Shown in pieces: positions 16,889 to 24,000 of a stretch of 24,000 nt of DNA. Positions within the stretch are counted from its first letter, which is position 1; each line of letters begins with the position of its first letter. The translations under genes were made by a program, and so were the position numbers. The notes beneath the pieces were generated by a model. That model was not told the DNA's origin. It did no database searches and worked only from the letters and a program-made list of their open reading frames with translations. The DNA comes from Anaerolineae bacterium (GTDB taxonomy: Bacteria > Chloroflexota > Anaerolineae > Promineifilales > Promineifilaceae), in the NCBI GenBank assembly GCA_023382655.1, contig JAHDWK010000005.1:348138-372137 (forward strand). The letters are read 5' to 3'.

Positions 16889-17212
16889 TCGCCTGCAAAG
16901 AGCATAGTCACCTGTGTTAGCTATCTCCAGGTGAAGTAGAAAATCTACCGTCAGCATCAGGTCAACGGCCGTGTTCACTACGTTTGGATTTTTGCCAGTG
17001 AATCAGAAGAGTCGTTGACAACGATTTTGACAACTGGTTATACGGGGTACACCCAACTTTATATGAACGGGCCTGGTTTGGGTCAACTGACAGGGCCAGT
17101 GGGTTGGCGATGAATTGCGTCTGAGACAGGATGAATACGGCCGTCCATGCCACTCTCTCGAGGGTTGGACAACAGTAAAAATGCAAGGGGAACAATCCAG
17201 GCAGTAAATTTC

Positions 17213-20173
17213 CTACATCATTTGTCGCTTGGCCAAATCGGCAAACACGCCTTCTGTTTTGATTAACTCGTCATAGGCGCCTTGCTGCACGACACGGCCG
17301 TCTTGCAGCACATAGATGCGGTCGGCGTTCATAATGGTGCTTAGCCGGTGGGCAATCACAATGCGGGTGGCCTGCAAATTATCCAGGCTCTCGCTGACAA
17401 TGGCCTGGGTGCGGTTGTCCAATGCGCTGGTAGCTTCGTCAAAAAAGAGGATGCGCGGCTGGTGTACCAGGGCACGAGCAATAAGCAGACGTTGCCGTTG
17501 TCCGCCAGACAGTGTGCCGCCACCTTCACTGAGTACCGTATGTAACCCCATGGGCATGGCTCTGATATCATCTTCCAGCCCGGCCATACGTACCGCCCGG
17601 CGGGCATCTTCAATGGTGAGCAGTGACGAGCCAACGATATTGGTGAAAATATCACCGGCCATCAATTTCCCGTTTTGTAATACCACGCCGATCTGGCGAC
17701 GTACCTCACGAATGTCTAAACCGGCCAGGTCACGGCCGTTGTAATAAACGGCGCCTGCCTCTGGCGTCTCAAAACCTAATAACAGGCGGAACAAGGTTGA
17801 TTTACCTGACCCTGAAGGCCCCACCAGGGCGACAAACTCACCGGGTTTCACCTGCACGGAAACATCCTGCAGAATGGCCGGCCCATCTGCCCGGTATCGG
17901 AAAGAAACGTGGCTAACTTCTAATTCTCCGGTCAATTCACCGGGGTCAGCTTTCATCTCATCCACTTCTGGTAAGGTTTCCAAAATCGGTTTGGCTCGTT
18001 CATAGGTGGGCACGATATTGAGGATAGTCACGACGGCCTGACCCAAAACCAGCACCGCCGCCAGGAATTGGACAAAAGCGGCATTAAACGCCAGAAATTG
18101 TCCGGTGGACATCGCTTCCTGACTAGAATAAGTAACCATTCCAAAGATGACAATGCTGGTGATCAGAGGAAAGGCAGCGTTAAACACTGTCAAGCGATTA
18201 GCCGTTTCACGCGCTTCATACTCTGTCTGCTTGTAACGGCTAAATTTACCGGCCCACGAAGCAAATGCATGACCTTCTACACCGGCAGCCCGCAATTTGG
18301 TTATCCCAGAGATCGTTTGCAGAACAATACCGGCGATCTGCCCCTGGAGATCAACCAATGAACGTTGATACCGAACCTGTACCCGTCCGGCGATGATGGT
18401 AACGGCCAGAGCTATGCTAACCAGAAATACAGCCACCAGTGCCAGACGGCCGTCATACCAAAAAAGCAACAACACCGAGGTGATGGAAAATACGCCTGTC
18501 AGCAACGATTGGACGACCACAGAAGACAATGTGCGTTCAATCATACTGATACCCATTACCCGCTGCCCCAGATCGCCGGCGGTATAGTCCCGGAAAAAGG
18601 AGACCGGCAACCCCAGCAGGCGATCCCACATAGCGGCCTGAATGGAATGCCCCATTTGCCCCTGCAAGCGTAACAGAGCTACGTTTTGGGTGATCTGCAC
18701 GCATAATGAGGCCAGGGCCACAAAAACCAGCAGAACACTCACCTGGAAAAGCTGCGCCCGGCTTTCATTGGGGATGATCTGGTCAATAATAAAGCCTGTT
18801 GCGATGGGAATGAACAATCCCAAAAGACTAATAACCAGGCCACATAAAAAGATGGTGCGCATGTCGTAGCCAATGTGACGCAGCCCAAACTTTACCAGAT
18901 CAAAGAGGGATAAGGCTTTTACAGGAAATGGCCGGTAAAAGGTAAAAGCGAAGGGATGTAACGTGCTGGCCACCTCTTCATCAACGACACGTTTTTCACC
19001 TGAAGACATGATCATCTCATATCTCTGACGTGGCCGTGGCAGTAAAGCTGCTGCCTGTTTTGGCTCCTCATCGCCGGCCAGAAAAGCCAACATAGGGCCA
19101 TGATTGAGCCGCCACCATTCTCCTTTGAGAGCGACGCGGCGTATTTGCACGCGGGAAGCACGGGTGATCTCGCTTAATGGATCAGCATTTTCTTTTTGAC
19201 GGCCGCCGGGTGGTTCTTTGAATTCGATGCCGAGTTGTGCGCCGAGCAGTTGGCAGGTAGCAAGCAAGGGATGGGTGTTACGGCCGTCTATCGCCGTCCG
19301 CTCCGCGGGGTTAATAAAACGGGCTGCCAGGTGACTGAGTGCCTGACCAACCATCTCCTGGTGAGAGGTGACTTTATTATGAAGACGTTCTTTGTCCTCC
19401 TCTCTCTTTTGATCCAGCCATTGTTCCAGAAAGCAGAGAATAAGCTGGTGAAACGGCGCCAGACCAAAACCTGTGGCGCCATTTTGGAGGAAGGCGGTGG
19501 TTGTGGTCACCTCAAGCTGGCTAGGCTCCATTGCTTTGAGCCAGGTACGGCTAGAGATAGGCCAGTAGAGTGTGCCATTCAGAACCGGCAACGCCACATT
19601 GCCCATAAAGGTAGATTTTCCCCTGGCGTGTCTGACCCACAAAATTCCTCGCCTGGCAGAGGCAGTGTCAGCAGGTTGCAACTGATTGCTCTGATTCAAT
19701 TCCAGGCGAATGCTTGTTTTGGGCGGTAAGACTGTTGCCAGGGCGGATGACAAATTACTAATCCAGCCGTCCACCAACGCCGCTACATGTGCGCCAAACT
19801 CCTCGTCACGCGCCAGATTCTCTAGTTGGCTTGCCTTCACTTGCAACAGGCTGGCGTTATTACTGCCTACAGCCAGCAGACCAACCCGGTCAACTTCAGG
19901 AACTAATGCCATGCCAAATAATGCCTGTCCGGCCGGTACACGAAACAGATGCTCCCGCGAACCGGCGACCTTGCCATTTTGCAGCGGCACGGCAAACAAG
20001 TCTACCCAACCGGCATAGACTACCCAGGCTATGGTGGGGTCGTTGAGCAATTCGGGGGCATTATTCCCCAATTTTTCCAGAAGGGCTGCCTTATAGCGCA
20101 AATGGAGCAGAAACAACTCTTCAACTTTATATTCTTCTGCCGGTTCTTGAGGAAGTTTTGTTGGTTCGTTCAT
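17213..20173 (-). CDS. NHLM-type bacteriocin system ABC transporter, permease/ATP-binding (ABC2-like, no C39 domain)
   Basis: Long N-terminal region, then ABC exporter fold with GPSGSGKST, LSGGQRQRLLIARAL, RILFFDEATSALD. ATG 20173 overlaps the TGA of the upstream gene (ATGA). Confidence 0.88.
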   Translation of the reverse strand: MNEPTKLPQEPAEEYKVEELFLLHLRYKAALLEKLGNNAPELLNDPTIAWVVYAGWVDLFAVPLQNGKVAGSREHLFRVPAGQALFGMALVPEVDRVGLLAVGSNNASLLQVKASQLENLARDEEFGAHVAALVDGWISNLSSALATVLPPKTSIRLELNQSNQLQPADTASARRGILWVRHARGKSTFMGNVALPVLNGTLYWPISSRTWLKAMEPSQLEVTTTTAFLQNGATGFGLAPFHQLILCFLEQWLDQKREEDKERLHNKVTSHQEMVGQALSHLAARFINPAERTAIDGRNTHPLLATCQLLGAQLGIEFKEPPGGRQKENADPLSEITRASRVQIRRVALKGEWWRLNHGPMLAFLAGDEEPKQAAALLPRPRQRYEMIMSSGEKRVVDEEVASTLHPFAFTFYRPFPVKALSLFDLVKFGLRHIGYDMRTIFLCGLVISLLGLFIPIATGFIIDQIIPNESRAQLFQVSVLLVFVALASLCVQITQNVALLRLQGQMGHSIQAAMWDRLLGLPVSFFRDYTAGDLGQRVMGISMIERTLSSVVVQSLLTGVFSITSVLLLFWYDGRLALVAVFLVSIALAVTIIAGRVQVRYQRSLVDLQGQIAGIVLQTISGITKLRAAGVEGHAFASWAGKFSRYKQTEYEARETANRLTVFNAAFPLITSIVIFGMVTYSSQEAMSTGQFLAFNAAFVQFLAAVLVLGQAVVTILNIVPTYERAKPILETLPEVDEMKADPGELTGELEVSHVSFRYRADGPAILQDVSVQVKPGEFVALVGPSGSGKSTLFRLLLGFETPEAGAVYYNGRDLAGLDIREVRRQIGVVLQNGKLMAGDIFTNIVGSSLLTIEDARRAVRMAGLEDDIRAMPMGLHTVLSEGGGTLSGGQRQRLLIARALVHQPRILFFDEATSALDNRTQAIVSESLDNLQATRIVIAHRLSTIMNADRIYVLQDGRVVQQGAYDELIKTEGVFADLAKRQMM

Positions 20174-22449
20174 GCGGTTATTGACTCCCATATTGAATCG
20201 AGTAGTCGCTCTGATTTGGGTGTATCCGCTTGGATCAGGTGGGCGTAATGCCCACCTTTGCGCCACAATTGTTCGTGTGTGCCACGCTCTACGACCAGTC
20301 CCTTGTCTAGCACAATGATTTCATCACAATCACGGATGGTACTCAAACGATGGGCGATTATAAGACAGGTACAGCCCCGACGGCGCAAGTTGTTGTCCAC
20401 AATTTTTTCGGTAACGGGATCCAGGGCGCTAGTGGCTTCATCCAATACCAGGATAGAGGGATTGGTGACCAGGGCGCGGGCAATTTCCAGACGCTGCCGC
20501 TGACCGCCGCTAAAGTTACGGCCGCCTTCACTTACCAGGCGATCATAGCCGTCGGGCTGGTTAGCAATATCATCATGGATGTGAGCATCCTTGGCGGCCT
20601 GGATGACGCTTTCTTCAGGAATGAACGAATCCCACATGGTCAAGTTCTCTTTAACTGACCCGGCAAACAAGAATATATCCTGGTCTACGATGGAGAGAGA
20701 GTTATTTAATATGATCCGCGGGATATGGGCGCGGGTTTGTCCATCAAACAGAATTTGACCTTCCCAGGGTTGATACAGGCCCGCTACCAGTCTGGCAACG
20801 GTAGATTTGCCGCTGCCGCTGCCCCCTACCAGAGCGACGCGGGAGCCTGGTTCCAGGTAGAGGTTAAAATCCTCAATAAGGGGTTTGGCTAATTTGCTGT
20901 AACCAAACGTGATGTGGCGCAATTCGATGGTTCCAGATAGTTTGGTCGGGCTGTTTTCCAGGTGCGCAGTGGAGTCTACCACCTGTACCTGGGGATCAGG
21001 TTGGTAATCAAGAACGTCATCTAATTTGTTGAGAGAGGCTTCCATTTCCTGTAGCTGGGCGCCCAGGCCCACCATCTCGTTGACAGGGGTCAGAAAGCTG
21101 ATCATCAGGGTTTGAAAAGCTACCAAAACACCGAGAGAAAGCTGGCCGTTTATGATTTGCAGGCCGCCAATGGTCAGGATAACAACACTGGTTAAAGTTG
21201 TCAGGAAGAGGGGTACGGCCGTGACAATTTGTGTTGTCTGGCCTAGTTCTTGGGTGGCGTTAAATACTTTGGCCTGATAACCTGCCCAGCGAGCAAAAAA
21301 GTCAGGCTCCCCGCCGGTAGCTTTGATTGTTTCAATGTTTTGCAGCCCACTAAAAGCTGTGGCCAACATCTTGCTGTTTTCCATTACCAGCCGTTGGTTA
21401 GCATCTGTGCGCCGACGAGAAGCAGCCCGCAATACCACAAAGTTAAGTGCGGCCATGCCAATACCCACCAGGGTTAATAAAACGCTATAACGAAACATGA
21501 CCGCAGCGTAGAAAGCAATTAATACGAGATTGAGCAAGGAAGTGGCCAGTTGACCGGAAAGTAATTGGGCTACCCGATCATTGATGCCCACCCGGGAACT
21601 GATGTCGCCGGCGCTGCGCTGGGTGAAAAACTCAATGGGCAGGCGCAAAATGTGCCAGAGCAGCCGACTGGAATTGAGTAATGAAAGTCGGGATTCCAGC
21701 CGCAGCAGATAATGTTGTTGCACGGCCGTGAGTATTCCGCGTAGTACGGCCGTGATTCCCATACCAATCAACAATGGCCCCACCCACGATTCCATTCCCT
21801 GTACCAGATAGTAATCTACAAAAAACGCGGAAAATGCCGGAATCAAAATACCTGGAATCAATAACAACAGGCTCACCAGAACGATATACAGTAGGGCTGT
21901 TTCTGACCCCCGCAAACGTTTGTACAAAGCAGTGAACAGGCTGCCCTGTTTGCTCTCTTTTTTGAATTGTTCGCTCTTTTCAAAAGTAAGCACCACGCCT
22001 GTAAAAGCCTGATCAAACTCTTCCGTGGAAACCACACGCGGGCCTGTGGCTGGATCGTTCAGAAAAACCTTGTCTTTGCTAAAACCTTCCACTACCAGAA
22101 AATGATTAAAATTCCAGTGGACGATCATGGGTAGAGGCAAGTCACGCAAAGGGCCTGGGCCATAGCGGAATCCTCTGGCCGTCAGGCCATAGGTACGGGC
22201 GGCGCGCAAGACATTGCTGGCCTTGCTGCCATCACGCGAGACGCCACATTGCACCCGCAACTCTTCCAGCGGCACATAACAACCATGGAAAGCTAACACA
22301 ATCGCCAGAGCGGCCGCGCCACATTCCACCGCCTCCATCTGTAAGATAGTTGGTGTTTTCACGCGCTGCTTGCGGGGCCAACGGCGAGATTTTCGCACGC
22401 GAGATTCTCGCGCACTCTCCTTGTTTTCCACTTGCATTTCTTGGGTCAT
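20170..22449 (-). CDS. NHLM-type peptidase C39-containing ABC transporter (ABC1-like)
   Basis: VKTPTILQMEAVECGAAALAIVLAFHGCYVPLEELRVQCGVSRDGSKASNVLRAA...IVHWNFNHFLVVEGF...LNDPATGPR (Cys/His/Asp of C39), plus GGSGSGKST, FSGGQRQRLEIARAL, LVLDEATSALD. ATG at 22449 with AGGTG upstream preferred over GTG 22455. Confidence 0.93.
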   Translation of the reverse strand: MTQEMQVENKESARESRVRKSRRWPRKQRVKTPTILQMEAVECGAAALAIVLAFHGCYVPLEELRVQCGVSRDGSKASNVLRAARTYGLTARGFRYGPGPLRDLPLPMIVHWNFNHFLVVEGFSKDKVFLNDPATGPRVVSTEEFDQAFTGVVLTFEKSEQFKKESKQGSLFTALYKRLRGSETALLYIVLVSLLLLIPGILIPAFSAFFVDYYLVQGMESWVGPLLIGMGITAVLRGILTAVQQHYLLRLESRLSLLNSSRLLWHILRLPIEFFTQRSAGDISSRVGINDRVAQLLSGQLATSLLNLVLIAFYAAVMFRYSVLLTLVGIGMAALNFVVLRAASRRRTDANQRLVMENSKMLATAFSGLQNIETIKATGGEPDFFARWAGYQAKVFNATQELGQTTQIVTAVPLFLTTLTSVVILTIGGLQIINGQLSLGVLVAFQTLMISFLTPVNEMVGLGAQLQEMEASLNKLDDVLDYQPDPQVQVVDSTAHLENSPTKLSGTIELRHITFGYSKLAKPLIEDFNLYLEPGSRVALVGGSGSGKSTVARLVAGLYQPWEGQILFDGQTRAHIPRIILNNSLSIVDQDIFLFAGSVKENLTMWDSFIPEESVIQAAKDAHIHDDIANQPDGYDRLVSEGGRNFSGGQRQRLEIARALVTNPSILVLDEATSALDPVTEKIVDNNLRRRGCTCLIIAHRLSTIRDCDEIIVLDKGLVVERGTHEQLWRKGGHYAHLIQADTPKSERLLDSIWESITA

Positions 22450-22489
22450 AGACACACCTGATGGTTAGAAGCTAAAATTTGTAAAAAAG

Positions 22490-23314
22490 TTACCTACCGG
22501 AAAAGAGCAATTCAATAGGACGTTGCCAACCAATGACGATGTTTGCCTGCCCCAAAGAGCCACTGGTAAGTGAAAAATCCGGTCCCGAAGCCGATGTCCA
22601 GGCCAGTCCCGTAGGTGTTGTGGCATCTTCTAATAGGGCAATGCGCACCTTCACAGGTGCATCACTGTTCGCAATCATTGCCGCCAATTCTTCATTGCCT
22701 ATGTTGGCGACAATCCCTGACCAGGAAGAGGGGAAACTGTCAATAGAAACAATTTGCCCCAAAAGGAAACCATACTCTTCTGGTAACGCGGTTTCTGGCG
22801 CCAGTTTCACCGCTAGACCTGGCGATAAGCGCCGGGCATCCTGCCGGGAGAGATAAGCGACAGCTTCCAGGTAAACCTGACCATCAACAGGCTCCAGGCT
22901 GACAATGGGTGCGCCCGGTTCAATCAAATACCCCTCATTTGTTTTCACCTCAACGACACGGCCGTTGTATGGAGAAAGAACGGGCTGTACCGTATCCTGG
23001 CCGATAGATTTGATATGGGCAATAACCTGACCCGCTTCTACTACGTTTCCCGATGAGACGGTCAGATCGGAAACCTGGCCGCCATATAATGAGATGACAT
23101 TCTGAATGCCACCCGGTGGCAGAAAGATGACGGGACCGGCCACTTCCACCGGCATACGGCTGAATATGCTCCAGAGTACGGCCGTCAGTAAAAGCCCCAT
23201 TAACCCTGCCAGAGCGAGCCAACTTTTAGAGCCGGTTACATGCATCAGCAAATCGAGTTGTTCAGGGGATGATAATCTGTCTAGAGCCACTTTTCGGAAA
23301 ATTTGTGAGGTCAT
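22490..23314 (-). CDS. NHLM-type HlyD-like membrane fusion/secretion adaptor
   Basis: IFRKVALDRLSSPEQLDLLMHVTGSKSWLALAGLMGLLLTAVLWSIFSRMPVEVAGPVIFLPPGG...SPYNGRVVEVKTNEGYLIEPGAPIVSLE; RBS lies inside the end of the preceding gene. Confidence 0.88.
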   Translation of the reverse strand: MTSQIFRKVALDRLSSPEQLDLLMHVTGSKSWLALAGLMGLLLTAVLWSIFSRMPVEVAGPVIFLPPGGIQNVISLYGGQVSDLTVSSGNVVEAGQVIAHIKSIGQDTVQPVLSPYNGRVVEVKTNEGYLIEPGAPIVSLEPVDGQVYLEAVAYLSRQDARRLSPGLAVKLAPETALPEEYGFLLGQIVSIDSFPSSWSGIVANIGNEELAAMIANSDAPVKVRIALLEDATTPTGLAWTSASGPDFSLTSGSLGQANIVIGWQRPIELLFSGR

Positions 23315-23318
23315 ATCT

Positions 23319-24000
23319 TTATCCTACTCCTTGCATTTCCAGGTTCTGTAATGCCTGGCACAATAGATCAGCTGCCCCTTCTGCCGCCAATTCCTCTAGT
23401 GTGAATCGTGTGATGGCCAGCAGCATAAATGCCTGTCCTGGAACATCACGGTGTGCTTGCCGGGCAATGGTATGAAAACGTTCTATATTTCTGGCGGCGG
23501 CTACGACCTGTTTTTGTATCTCGATAAAGTTGTCACTCTGCAATACCGTCTTATCAAGATAATTCTGCAAGCGTCCCCCCTCTCGATAATATGGGAACGA
23601 TTCAAGCCCCATAAAGCGTAAGAACCAGTCAGCGTTGAATGTGCCCAGCGCCGCGACAATGCCCGCATAATCAGCCAGTAATTCGTCGAATATGTCACGG
23701 CGCATGAGGCCAAAAACACGCTTGGTGAAGTAGTGAGTACATTCATGTTCCAGCCGAATAGTCAGTGAAAGTTGCCGCCAGGCAGTTTCCGTTAACCCCA
23801 TGTCGTGCGCCGCTACACCGCTATAAGGTCCATCGAGCAAAATCATAAACCGGTCTTGATAGAAATGTTTTTGAGGGATTAACCGTTTGAACTCTGCTTG
23901 CCAGCCTGCTTCCGCCCTGTTTTGCGGATTTTCCAGTTCCCATTGTGTGCGGTAAGAGCGAATTCTGTCCCAATTGATATAACCAGATACCATACATGCG
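23319..24000 (-). CDS. Putative HExxH metallopeptidase-like protein of unknown function, N-terminus possibly beyond the window
   Basis: LTIRLEHECTHYFTKRVFGLMRRDIFDELLADYAGIVAALGTFNADWFLRFMGLE: HECTH then ELLAD (HExxH-N16-ExxxD). Frame remains open upstream of Met 23993 to the window end. Confidence 0.7.
   Translation of the reverse strand, partial: ACMVSGYINWDRIRSYRTQWELENPQNRAEAGWQAEFKRLIPQKHFYQDRFMILLDGPYSGVAAHDMGLTETAWRQLSLTIRLEHECTHYFTKRVFGLMRRDIFDELLADYAGIVAALGTFNADWFLRFMGLESFPYYREGGRLQNYLDKTVLQSDNFIEIQKQVVAAARNIERFHTIARQAHRDVPGQAFMLLAITRFTLEELAAEGAADLLCQALQNLEMQGVG

Larger units (their letters stand above)
1..24000. repeat. Dispersed highly iterated palindrome ACGGCCGT
   Basis: About 45-50 copies by manual scan, e.g. 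969, 1029, 1049, 1219, 5938, 5951, and two in 21720-21755; present in coding (as DGR/NGR, TAV/TAL) and intergenic DNA. Confidence 0.9.

Noticed and set aside
17015-17040. TTGACAAC repeated twice and small TCGTT-GAC-AACGA palindrome
   Set aside because: Short enough to be chance; no matching -10 or conserved context visible.
16962-17195. Small minus-strand ORFs in the gap between the permease and the NHLM ABC gene, considered as precursor peptides
   Set aside because: Non-ATG start, no ribosome site, no leader motif or Cys/Ser/Thr-rich core; no strong terminator or promoter found either.
1-24000. CRISPR arrays, tRNA/rRNA genes, transposases, integrase or phage genes
   Set aside because: I looked for regularly spaced repeats, tRNA-like motifs and DDE/Tyr-recombinase motifs and saw none I could support by eye; a tRNAscan/Infernal run would be needed for certainty.

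Overview
This 24 kb window looks like a Chloroflexota-type (Anaerolineae/Ardenticatenia-like) chromosome. That taxonomic guess rests on codon style, Pro/Thr-rich linkers and a very abundant ACGGCCGT palindrome. From left to right it contains: (1) the 3' part of a beta-helix/choice-of-anchor-Q secreted protein; (2) a frameshifted gene remnant and a perfect 21-bp-stem terminator; (3) a minus-strand rpsF-ssb-rpsR-SurA-like operon; (4) an S49 peptidase (SppA), a GH99-like + 2xLysM membrane-anchored protein and an AlkD-like HEAT protein; (5) a DUF2779 Cas4-like/DEDD exonuclease fusion; (6) a fused 2Fe-2S/molybdopterin xanthine-dehydrogenase-family oxidoreductase; (7) an unannotated ~175-nt minus-strand transcription unit with TTGACA-N16-TATAAT, paired palindromic operators, a Shine-Dalgarno, a 20-codon Cys/Gly-rich ORF (MLVRQQKSDCCGGSGCGCGC) and a rho-independent terminator; (8) a divergent PadR + LolD/MacB-like ABC ATPase + FtsX-type permease operon; (9) a minus-strand NHLM-type peptide export operon (two ABC proteins, one with a C39 peptidase, and an HlyD-like adaptor) preceded by a translationally linked putative HExxH...ExxxD metallopeptidase that runs off the window edge. 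The most interesting items are the tiny Cys/Gly-rich peptide gene with its operator architecture, the HExxH protein linked to the peptide exporter, and the iterated palindrome.
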